From: a virus
DNA length: 64,000 nucleotides
Virus record (IMG/VR): IMGVR_UViG_3300045988_072432
Reading direction: 5' to 3' (one strand)
In this document: one piece after another, positions 49,170 through 56,355 of the stretch
How the letters are laid out: each line of letters begins with the position of its first letter
Numbering within the stretch: the stretch's first letter is position 1
Program-made: the position numbers and the translations under genes
Notes under the pieces: model-generated
Seen by the model: the letters and a program-made list of their open reading frames with translations, nothing else
The model's database searches: none
What the model was told of the DNA's origin: nothing

Positions 49170-49357
49170 CTACAGTATTAGCAATAATTTATTTGGTATG
49201 CTTACCGTTCACTGTATTTTTTGTAAGGGCTTGCTTGGATTATTTACCCTATACTCACAAAATACACTCTCTCGTTTTATTCATCTCGGTATGGATAGTA
49301 TTACCTCTATTTCCGATTTATCTATTAATCAGATACATAAAATACAAATTACTATGA
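49166..49357 (+). CDS. small two-TM membrane protein
   Basis: 63 aa. ATGA overlaps at both ends. Confidence 0.5.
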   Translation: MTTVLAIIYLVCLPFTVFFVRACLDYLPYTHKIHSLVLFISVWIVLPLFPIYLLIRYIKYKLL

Positions 49358-49653
49358 GATACTTTTTTGACAGAGATGGTAATTATGCTGGGACATCAAT
49401 GCAAGGGTGGGAGATTCTTCTCCTACTCTTGTTCCCAGTTGCTTTAATAATTTTCCTCGTATTCTTACCTTTCTATGTATTTTATAAATACAGTTCTAGA
49501 GAAGAGGATAAAAAATACGAGGAAGAACATCCAGAAATACTAAAAGTAGATTCTTATATTACTTGCTGGTATCCCTGGCATAGGTATTCTGTTGCATATA
49601 CACTGGCTCTTATATTCTGGGTAATTGCTTTTATAATTGGGATATTATCTTGA
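49354..49653 (+). CDS. small membrane protein
   Basis: Start taken at ATG 49354 (MRYFFDRDG), coupled to the previous stop. Two TM helices. The longer track version from 49114 overlaps two genes. Confidence 0.5.
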   Translation: MRYFFDRDGNYAGTSMQGWEILLLLLFPVALIIFLVFLPFYVFYKYSSREEDKKYEEEHPEILKVDSYITCWYPWHRYSVAYTLALIFWVIAFIIGILS

Positions 49654-49667
49654 TCTCAATATAAGTC

Positions 49668-50339
49668 TTAGGTTGGAACTCCCCAATAAAAGTTCAAATC
49701 TAATGGATATTTTTTAGTGGGGTTAAAACTACTAGAGAGTATAAGAGTACCACTGCTAACAGAGGGGGTTGAAACTTTTGTAAGAGTATAGGAACCTAAG
49801 CCAGTTGTTTTTGTTGTAAAGTATGAATTACTTGGTAAATTGTAGTTAGGGCTAAAAGCATTACCATTCTTATCAAGGCAGGACCAAGACAACATGTCGT
49901 AATCCCCTGGGTACATAGGAGAAATATAGACATTAATCATATTTCTATTTTGATTTACTATCCAATTCTTATATAGGGTACCATCGGCCATTGATCCATA
50001 TTCACCACTAATATTGGTATCTGCAGCAAAAAAACTATCCATTGTAATCCCAAAGAGAATTAGGGGAGAGAAACGTATTTCCCAGTATTCTTTTTTTCCA
50101 GGAGTAGTAATATTAATATTTATTTTATTGCCAGATTCTTCTTGTACCAGATTCAATACACCGGTATACCCACCGGCACTATCTATGGGAGTAATGAGTA
50201 CTTGGTTATCTATATTTATATCTCTTTCTAAGAGATACTTAGATGGATTACTAATAGAAGCAGAAAAGCCTACCGAAGTATTACCAGTAGGCTTCCCATT
50301 TATTAGTTTTCTCTTATAAGACTCTATTATCCAATCCAT
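49668..50339 (-). CDS. BACON-like paralogue 1 (conserved frame extends to 50390 without an ATG)
   Basis: N-terminus ..DWIIESYKRKLINGKPTG. GVLNLVQEESGNKININITTPG. See the finding for this region. Confidence 0.6.
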   Translation of the reverse strand: MDWIIESYKRKLINGKPTGNTSVGFSASISNPSKYLLERDINIDNQVLITPIDSAGGYTGVLNLVQEESGNKININITTPGKKEYWEIRFSPLILFGITMDSFFAADTNISGEYGSMADGTLYKNWIVNQNRNMINVYISPMYPGDYDMLSWSCLDKNGNAFSPNYNLPSNSYFTTKTTGLGSYTLTKVSTPSVSSGTLILSSSFNPTKKYPLDLNFYWGVPT

Positions 50340-50404
50340 AGTTTCACCATAGGGGATTTCTTGATTAATCTCGGTGGATCCCCCCCTCCCCTAATTTAAG
50401 AACT

Positions 50405-50986
50405 TTATTTTCCATATTCTTTTAAGTTTTGAGGTAAATAATTGTATTTATCATCTTTAGAAGGTTCTACAGAAAAATCTGCGAGATATGGTAAATCATT
50501 ACCAGATGTTCTTCTTACTCTAACTAAGTTAGATGTTCTAGAACCATTAGCCATGGTAGTGATACCAGTTACATTCCCATTTTCTAAAGTAAACCCAGAT
50601 CCCAATACAAAGTTGATTGTCAACTTAGATGTTACCGAATAGGCCGCCATCCATTGGATATCATAGAGTTGATATGAACCAGAAGTCCCAGCCTCCCCGT
50701 ATATACTGAAAGAGATTGGGTTGTTTAATTTATTTGCTTCTTGTTTTACAATAATTTCAATTGTATTTCCAGAATCCTCTTGGTCTAAAGTTACTCGGAT
50801 CTGTCTATCTGAGTTACCTGGGTTTGCTGATTTAGTGGTAAAAGTTACATCATACTTAGGGACATCGGTATTAAGATATGGTGCAACACTTACATCCAAC
50901 CAGGTAGCTACATTATGTACTGTAAAGGGTACTCTTTCTTTAGAAGCTTCATTCCCATTTACTAGTTTTTTCTTATAAGAAGTCAC
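50405..50986 (-). CDS. BACON-like paralogue 2 (GTG start in track; conserved frame extends to 51091 without an ATG)
   Basis: TSYKKKLVNG. WLDVSV...SDRQIRVTLDQEDSGNTIEIIVKQEAN. Confidence 0.6.
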   Translation of the reverse strand: MTSYKKKLVNGNEASKERVPFTVHNVATWLDVSVAPYLNTDVPKYDVTFTTKSANPGNSDRQIRVTLDQEDSGNTIEIIVKQEANKLNNPISFSIYGEAGTSGSYQLYDIQWMAAYSVTSKLTINFVLGSGFTLENGNVTGITTMANGSRTSNLVRVRRTSGNDLPYLADFSVEPSKDDKYNYLPQNLKEYGK

Positions 50987-51118
50987 AAGAATAGGACTTG
51001 AAGCTCCACTACTACCATTCAGGGTTATAGTACTTGACTCTACTATCCCCCTACTACTGATTCTGAATTCTGTTTTTCTTCCATAATCACTTTAAATATT
51101 AGATTAGTTACTACTTAC

Positions 51119-51868
51119 TCATTCAATGAGTAAGTTCCAATTTGCTCTCCTTGAGATTTGGGGATATATATCGAGAAGATCTATGATGGTCATACTGTCT
51201 AAACGATCGAAAAAGTTTATATCGGCACTATAGATAATTTGTGGACTCGGGTAGTTGAAGTCTGCAACCATTACATAAGTACCAGCGGGTATCTTGATTC
51301 CAGAGGGCTGAGCTGCAACCCAGGCATCATCCTTATATTGTAAATTTGGACCAGATACTACTTCATCGTTTGCTGTAGCCCAGGGAGAATACCTATACTT
51401 ACGATGAATATCATAGATAAGGGCTTTTGTAGTATTATCCCCAGTATTATCTTCATAAGTTATCCATACAAAGCATCTATCCACATTAGATGCTTTCAAG
51501 GTTTGTACATTCAGCACTAGCTTTTGAGGAGCTGCAGCTTGAGTGAAGCCAACATAGATTATATTACCTGATTCAGATTGAATAAATCTATTGCTAGCAT
51601 TTCTCTCAGAGCTTGTAGTATTTTCTTGGCATACTGCTTTTACGTAATATCCCAATTCTGTGACTCCAAGCTGGTTAGCAATTCCCCAATCTGTGACCTC
51701 TATCAGGGAAGTAGTAAACCAGCTAAGGTTAGAATAATCCCCAGTGAAGCTTACTCCTATCCTCTCTGCCAGATCCCAATTTATCAGTTTTCTCTTATAA
51801 GACTCGAGGAGATAATAGAAAGTCCCCTCCCCCGAAGGCAATTTAAAAGTTTTAGTTATAGTACTCAT
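51119..51868 (-). CDS. BACON-like paralogue 3 (intact ATG start)
   Basis: MSTITKTFKLPSGEGTFYYLLESYKRKLINW. SWFTTS...ERNASNRFIQSESGNIIYVGFTQAAA. Confidence 0.65.
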   Translation of the reverse strand: MSTITKTFKLPSGEGTFYYLLESYKRKLINWDLAERIGVSFTGDYSNLSWFTTSLIEVTDWGIANQLGVTELGYYVKAVCQENTTSSERNASNRFIQSESGNIIYVGFTQAAAPQKLVLNVQTLKASNVDRCFVWITYEDNTGDNTTKALIYDIHRKYRYSPWATANDEVVSGPNLQYKDDAWVAAQPSGIKIPAGTYVMVADFNYPSPQIIYSADINFFDRLDSMTIIDLLDIYPQISRRANWNLLIE

Positions 51869-51964
51869 TGTTTTTTGATTTGGTTTATAGAAAGAACTTT
51901 GATATCGCCATTACCAAAGGGATAATCCGAAGTCTATGATATTATATAATCAATATAAAGAATT

Positions 51965-52240
51965 ATGAGAAAGTATCAGTATCAGATTTACTACCATACA
52001 AGCAGAGGAAGGTACTTCATTAAGATTAGGTATTCCTTCCTGGGATTGGTGTTTTGGCTTACACTTAGAGATAAGAATTCGAGTAATATAGAAACCTTCC
52101 TTGATAAGGATAAGGCAATTGAAAGGGCAGAAGATTATTTAAGGTATTTATACCTAAAGAGAAAAAATAGTAGGGTGTTAAAGGTTACTGGGAGAATAGA
52201 TATTACCAGTAGGTTAAAATCAGTGAGGGAGGATTATTAA
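51965..52240 (+). CDS. hypothetical protein
   Basis: 91-aa basic ORF. Confidence 0.45.
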   Translation: MRKYQYQIYYHTSRGRYFIKIRYSFLGLVFWLTLRDKNSSNIETFLDKDKAIERAEDYLRYLYLKRKNSRVLKVTGRIDITSRLKSVREDY

Positions 52241-52241
52241 G

Positions 52242-52508
52242 ATGGTGAAGGTTGAAACCATTAGGGATGATAATGAAAAGAGAATCCTAAAGTGTTCTGA
52301 GGATAATAGGGTTTGGTATCAGATATGGATTACCCAATTGGATATGAATTGTATAGAAAGGTACTTTGATGGGTATGGTGAAGTTAAGAGGTGGTGGTTA
52401 AGGAATCTTCAACAGTATTATGTTTTCTTTTATGAGAAGAAAGGTGGTAAGGTTCGAGGAGTTCTTGGGAAAGATAGGACTAAGGATTTAATTCGTGCTA
52501 TACTTTAA
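52242..52508 (+). CDS. hypothetical protein
   Basis: 88-aa ORF starting 1 nt after the previous stop. Confidence 0.45.
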   Translation: MVKVETIRDDNEKRILKCSEDNRVWYQIWITQLDMNCIERYFDGYGEVKRWWLRNLQQYYVFFYEKKGGKVRGVLGKDRTKDLIRAIL

Positions 52509-52513
52509 TTAGT

Positions 52514-52536
52514 TGCCAGGGATGTTAGGTCTCTGG
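52514..52536 (+). terminator. hairpin after the plus-strand gene pair
   Basis: GCCAGGGA...TCTCTGGC (one mismatch) followed by TTCTTTGTGTG. Confidence 0.4.
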
Positions 52537-52605
52537 CTTCTTTGTGTGTTATGGGGGCATGTGTGGTGTGGGATATCTTGGCATGCCTCTAATACGAGGT
52601 GTCAA

Positions 52606-52623
52606 AAAGTTGTGGTACTAAAA
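52606..52623 (+). repeat. 18-nt direct repeat, copy 1 (aaagttgtggtactaaaa)
   Basis: Exact copy at 52666-52683, 60 bp away, in a non-coding GT-rich stretch. Confidence 0.85.
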
Positions 52624-52665
52624 TGTGTATTTGCCTTCAAGGTACCCCTTAATGTGAGGGCTTCG

Positions 52666-52683
52666 AAAGTTGTGGTACTAAAA
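52666..52683 (+). repeat. 18-nt direct repeat, copy 2
   Basis: Identical to 52606-52623. Confidence 0.85.
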
Positions 52684-52728
52684 GGGGAGTACGGTTACGT
52701 TAAATTTAACATTTGAAAATAAAAATTA

Positions 52729-52756
52729 AGGGACAAACATTTTTATTTAGTCCTTT
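52729..52756 (-). terminator. hairpin + T-tract ending the AT-rich island
   Basis: Minus strand AAGGAC...GTCCCTT followed by AATTTTTATTTT. Confidence 0.45.
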
Positions 52757-52764
52757 GCTTTCTT

Positions 52765-52893
52765 TTAGTCCTCAAAAGTTTCGTTATCGTCTTTTAAAAT
52801 TTCTTTTATATCCTTATAGCATTGAATAACTAAATAAGCTATAATTACAAACAATGCTATATTAATAATTAAATATTGTGTAAATACTACCAT
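52765..52893 (-). CDS. 42-aa hydrophobic peptide (not in supplied track)
   Basis: Own translation MVVFTQYLIINIALFVIIAYLVIQCYKDIKEILKDDNETFED*: one TM helix and an acidic tail. Confidence 0.35.
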   Translation of the reverse strand: MVVFTQYLIINIALFVIIAYLVIQCYKDIKEILKDDNETFED

Positions 52894-52920
52894 ATCTTTA
52901 TAAATGATTTATTTTAGTTA

Positions 52921-52942
52921 GTAGGGGAAATATTTCCCCTAC
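52921..52942. terminator. perfect 22-bp palindrome GTAGGGGAAATATTTCCCCTAC
   Basis: Lies 13 nt downstream of the stop at 52955. Confidence 0.55.
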
Positions 52943-52954
52943 TTTAATTTTGTT

Positions 52955-53365
52955 TTACTTCAAAGATTTTTTTACTATTTCGAGACCTTTTATTAAAATT
53001 TCTTTCTTTTCTTCTTTTGTGTTTTCGCTTGCAATCGAAGAAAAAGAAAAATCATTTAAAACATAGACTTGTTTATAAAAGTCTATAAAGCCCTCGATTA
53101 GTTTTTTATCTGCATTTGTTGCGATAGTTGAAAGAAAATTAAATGTAACATTTCTAAACTTTTTTCGCAAAGATTTGATTTGCTTTTCGTTTGCTCCCAA
53201 AAACAACTCTTTTTTATAAATTTCTGTTTTTGTCCCTAAAGCTGTTTTAAAAAGTCCTTGATTTTTTTCTTTCACAGACTTTAAAACGTCTAAAGCAATT
53301 AAACTATTTGCTTTGCTGTTTGCTACTGCTTTTTCTACACTCACTTTGTTAATTTGATTTTTCAT
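52955..53365 (-). CDS. hypothetical protein in AT-rich island
   Basis: Start trimmed to ATG 53365 (MKNQINKVSVEK); the track start at 53425 is a TTG in a T-rich leader. Lys-rich, helical-looking. Confidence 0.5.
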   Translation of the reverse strand: MKNQINKVSVEKAVANSKANSLIALDVLKSVKEKNQGLFKTALGTKTEIYKKELFLGANEKQIKSLRKKFRNVTFNFLSTIATNADKKLIEGFIDFYKQVYVLNDFSFSSIASENTKEEKKEILIKGLEIVKKSLK

Positions 53366-53467
53366 AATAAAAACGCTTGAATATTTTATTATTATTATTT
53401 TATAACCTTTTTGATAGATATTCAAGACTTATTAAACTATCTAATAAGGTTTTTCATTTCTGTATTA

Positions 53468-53475
53468 CAAAGATA
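53468..53475 (-). promoter_or_regulatory. TATCTTTG promoter element
   Basis: Minus strand GTTCTTATCTTTGTAATAC. Confidence 0.4.
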
Positions 53476-53573
53476 AGAACTATTTTTTAATTAGCAAAAT
53501 TTTTAAAGAAATAATTTCTTAAAAAGTTTTAATTAAAAATTTATTCAAATATCGCTTTATCTTTTTGACATTG

Positions 53574-53581
53574 CAAAGATA
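53574..53581 (-). promoter_or_regulatory. TATCTTTG promoter element (second copy)
   Basis: Minus strand CCGTATCTTTGCAATG, 106 bp upstream of the first copy. Confidence 0.35.
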
Positions 53582-53792
53582 CGGACTTTATTTTAATCTA
53601 CAAACATTTTCAAGAAAATTTTTTGAGAAAATGAATATTTTTATTTTTAAAATTATTTTTGTGAAAAATCTATAAATTCAAAAATTTATTGCACCCTAAA
53701 AAGGACTTAATTTTTGCACTTAATTTTGGGGGTTCACAAGGGGAATCTTCGCACGCCTTGTAGTGGGCATATATGATATGTATATGGATATT

Positions 53793-53990
53793 CCTATATG
53801 GCCTATGCCTGTCCTCTTGAGAGTGTATTATATACCTGTATATTGATAGGGCCATTAATGGACTAAGGTGATAAAGAATTAAGGCCCATTAGCTATATCC
53901 CTATTATTGCCCTCTATAAACCTATTAGGTCCTAATTCAATAAGGCCATATAGGGACTATGGTAAGCCTATAGAGATTAGGATAGCCTAT
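53793..53990. repeat. iteron-like cluster of CCTAT motifs
   Basis: Exact CCTAT at 53793, 53802, 53900, 53921, 53967 and 53986. Inverted ATAGG at 53846 and 53950. Variant CTCTAT at 53912. Confidence 0.7.
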
Positions 53991-54018
53991 AAGGGCTTAC
54001 TAAGTTAGCGTAAGTAAA

Positions 54019-54047
54019 AACCCAGGTACCTAAGTTAGGCCTGGGTT
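54019..54047 (-). terminator. rho-independent terminator ending the early transcription block
   Basis: AACCCAGG (54019-54026) pairs with CCTGGGTT (54040-54047). The minus strand reads ...CCTGGGTTTTTAC. Confidence 0.7.
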
Positions 54048-54053
54048 AAGGTA

Positions 54054-54347
54054 TTAATCGAAGTATGCCTTGAATGTAATATCGTCAGCATTAAAGGTAA
54101 TATCTGGTTCAAGATCCTCTGGGTCTGGTTGCTCAAGTTCGAATTCGATTAGGCAATCGTCTGTATTGATATAGATGGTGATTTCCTTGTGTTGGGAGGT
54201 AATTAATTTAGGTAAGACCCGTTCGAAATGTTTTTGTGAACCCCAGATATAAAGATGCCATGGGTAATCAGGAGTGTAAGCAATAAGATTTATGATTACT
54301 GTGTTAGAGATACGATCTGTACTCCAGTTGTTTTTTGTTGTTGCCAT
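54054..54347 (-). CDS. hypothetical early protein
   Basis: 97-aa acidic ORF. Confidence 0.55.
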   Translation of the reverse strand: MATTKNNWSTDRISNTVIINLIAYTPDYPWHLYIWGSQKHFERVLPKLITSQHKEITIYINTDDCLIEFELEQPDPEDLEPDITFNADDITFKAYFD

Positions 54348-54363
54348 AATGATATGTATTTAT

Positions 54364-54389
54364 AGGGGTACCTTGTTATGGGTACCCCT
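54364..54389 (-). promoter_or_regulatory. 9-bp-stem hairpin AGGGGTACC/GGTACCCCT 17 nt upstream of the 54347 start
   Basis: Perfect inverted repeat with an 8-nt loop. Could be an attenuator, a terminator or a protein-binding site. Confidence 0.5.
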
Positions 54390-54418
54390 TAAGTTAATTT
54401 AGCAAGTGAAAGGAACCG

Positions 54419-54577
54419 TTACTGTGTAACTGTGTAAAGGTTTTCGAATTCGTTTACCTTGGGTGCTTGACCGAAGCATGCCTCAGGGTAAGAAGGATAG
54501 GCATCGGGTGCAGCAATTAATGAAAGATTAATACTCTTTGCAAAATTAAAATCAGTTGTTAAAATACTTGTTTTCAT
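54419..54577 (-). CDS. 52-aa ORF (not in supplied track)
   Basis: Own translation MKTSILTTDFNFAKSINLSLIAAPDAYPSYPEACFGQAPKVNEFENLYTVTQ*. Its ATG lies 33 nt downstream of the promoter element at 54610. Confidence 0.4.
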   Translation of the reverse strand: MKTSILTTDFNFAKSINLSLIAAPDAYPSYPEACFGQAPKVNEFENLYTVTQ

Positions 54578-54609
54578 ACGTTTATATTTAATTAGTTATT
54601 ATTACAATG

Positions 54610-54617
54610 CAAATATA
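54610..54617 (-). promoter_or_regulatory. early promoter cassette, TATATTTG
   Basis: Minus strand ATTG-N20-TATATTTGCATTG. The spacer is nearly identical to that of the 57822 cassette. Confidence 0.55.
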
Positions 54618-54639
54618 AATATAATATATTATATATGCA

Positions 54640-55340
54640 ATAACCCTAATTGCCTTCGTAGGTTATTAAGGGCCTTGAATTATATTTGCCTAAATCTCCG
54701 AGGCCATGAATGGAGATTGCCATTTACCTTCCCTACCTATAACTAATATTATATAATACCTAATGGCTCTAGGCAATCTAGGTACCACTAAATCACAAAA
54801 TTGTCCTAGAGTTCTGCAAATATCCATAATATAAATACTAAGCAAATTACTTACAGAGTTACTAGGAATATTGCCTAAATATTACCTATAAAGGCCTTAA
54901 ATCCTATAAACCTTTTAGCCTTGAAACCTAATAATTTTAATTGCCTAATCACAAATCCTATTGCCTAATCCCAGTACTTATTATATAATATATACTAATA
55001 TAAATGGCTCTTAGGGGTAGGGGATTTAGGGGCCCCTAATGGTCGGATTTTGTGTACCTTTTTAGCCTTTTTGTGATTGCCTTTAAAGTGTGGGGTAGTA
55101 GAGCTAGAGAGCTATATAGTATAGTGGCTATAGTGTAGTTGTATAGTGGTAGGTAGGTACCCATACCTGGTTCACCAAAGGCAAATACCCCCGGCGAGGT
55201 ACCTTGATATATGTATTTGGTATTATTATATTAGTAGATGGTATATTGGTTATAGATGGGATAGGTATTATATTATGTACCTTAGTTAGCGTTAGTATGA
55301 TTTTGTTTTGTTTTTGGGTGGTGTGGGAGGTACCCGGTAT
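54640..55340. repeat. about 700-bp non-coding repeat-dense region
   Basis: TTGCCTAA exact at 54686, 54871, 54941 and 54961, plus degenerate ATTGCC copies. GGTACC at 54781, 55156, 55198 and 55329. TATAGTG(G/T) x3 at 55126-55165. No ORF with a credible start. Confidence 0.7.
55026..55039. repeat. perfect 14-bp palindrome TTAGGGGCCCCTAA
   Basis: Preceded by TTAGGGGTAGGGGAT. Sits where plus-strand composition flips from G-poor to G+T-rich. Confidence 0.8.
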
Positions 55341-55487
55341 TTATTCGATTAGGTATACCTGTATGAAGGCATATACTAAAAGGATTACGATTAGATTCAT
55401 TCTGTAGATGAATTTCTTTGTTAGGTAGGCTTCTTCATTTAGGATTAGGAGCCAGGTTGTTACGATGAGTAGGATTAGTGATTTCAT
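55341..55487 (-). CDS. 48-aa two-TM peptide (not in supplied track)
   Basis: Own translation MKSLILLIVTTWLLILNEEAYLTKKFIYRMNLIVILLVYAFIQVYLIE*. Starts 37 nt after the stop of 55525-55734. Confidence 0.35.
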   Translation of the reverse strand: MKSLILLIVTTWLLILNEEAYLTKKFIYRMNLIVILLVYAFIQVYLIE

Positions 55488-55524
55488 AATTTTTTAGTAT
55501 TATTGTATGTACCTTGATATAATC

Positions 55525-55734
55525 CTATATGTATAGGATACCAGGATTAGTGATGAGGTGTATAGGGTTAGGATTATTAGCTGTGAGATGATATACCTTA
55601 TTTACGTCATTTATGATTTCCTTTTTAGCCTTCTCTATGTCTTCAAAGAATGAATGATAGCATATACTTTTCTCAGGTACAGATAAATCTGTAGTATCCT
55701 CAATGATTACTAGAGTTGTTATTGTTAGTTTCAT
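55525..55734 (-). CDS. hypothetical early protein
   Basis: 69-aa ORF in a tightly packed same-strand array. Confidence 0.5.
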   Translation of the reverse strand: MKLTITTLVIIEDTTDLSVPEKSICYHSFFEDIEKAKKEIINDVNKVYHLTANNPNPIHLITNPGILYI

Positions 55735-55738
55735 GATG

Positions 55739-56065
55739 TTAATTGAGTTGAGGGTTAAACATTTGTTTTGGTTGGACTAATAGGCAGCAATGAGGATAAC
55801 CTGCTTCATCGAGGATTCCCAGTATAAGATATCGATTGGTATCTCTGGGAATTTCGAAATAGAAAGCTGGTTTCATGTCGCCATCTATGAATGTAAAAAC
55901 TATCTGAGTGTTTTCTAGTAACCCATTTAGTTGTACATGAGAAAGGTAGTTATAAATAGCTTCCCTTTGATTTCTTGGGTTTTTATCCCATGAGATGAGC
56001 ATATCGTCATACCAATTTGGATTATCGCATAGCTTTTTAAGTTGTTGTTGAATATACGGTGTCAT
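55739..56065 (-). CDS. hypothetical early protein
   Basis: 108 aa, coupled to its neighbours. Confidence 0.55.
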   Translation of the reverse strand: MTPYIQQQLKKLCDNPNWYDDMLISWDKNPRNQREAIYNYLSHVQLNGLLENTQIVFTFIDGDMKPAFYFEIPRDTNRYLILGILDEAGYPHCCLLVQPKQMFNPQLN

Positions 56066-56355
56066 GATTTGAAGTAATAATATAAGTCCTCGATTAGTTT
56101 ATCCTGTTCTTCCCATATAGTATCTGATACTACGTATTCTGATACGAAATAGTTATAGAAAGGCCCAAATAGTATTTTTAATACTATGTCCTTGAGTTCG
56201 ATATTGAGTTGTTCCTCTTCTTCGGTAGAACTGGGTTTGATTGCCTGAAGTTCTGCCTTATAGGATGCCATTACGGCATCCTTTAGGGTTTGAATATATT
56301 CTGGGTTAGTTTCCTTGAGAATACTTAATTGTGATTTGAGTTCTTTACTTATCAT
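56062..56355 (-). CDS. hypothetical early protein
   Basis: 97 aa, acidic, ATGA overlap. Confidence 0.55.
   Translation of the reverse strand: MISKELKSQLSILKETNPEYIQTLKDAVMASYKAELQAIKPSSTEEEEQLNIELKDIVLKILFGPFYNYFVSEYVVSDTIWEEQDKLIEDLYYYFKS

Noticed and set aside
50987-51121. Read-through fusion of paralogue 3 into paralogue 2 (the two are in the same reading frame).
   Set aside because: Three in-frame stops (TGA 51119-51121, then TAA at 51107-51109 and TAA at 51092-51094) separate them.
52606-52683. Possible CRISPR array or mini-array (18-nt repeat at 60-bp spacing).
   Set aside because: There are only two copies, the repeat is short for a CRISPR repeat, and there is no third unit, leader or cas gene. 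I treat it as a simple direct repeat.
52513-55407. Track ORFs 52513-52716 (+), 53670-53855 (-) and 55204-55407 (+) as genes.
   Set aside because: They fall in repeat-rich non-coding DNA. Their compositions are odd (Cys/Trp/Val-rich or His/Ile-rich), they are not coupled to neighbours and they lack an upstream promoter motif. The plus-strand TATATTTG at 54681 leads only to a 16-codon ORF.
52509-55524. tRNA genes in the non-coding regions.
   Set aside because: I looked for T-loop-like GGTTCGAAT/GTTCAAAT cores flanked by acceptor-stem complementarity and found none. The only GGTTCGA-like strings lie inside ORFs without a cloverleaf context. A tRNAscan-SE run would be decisive.
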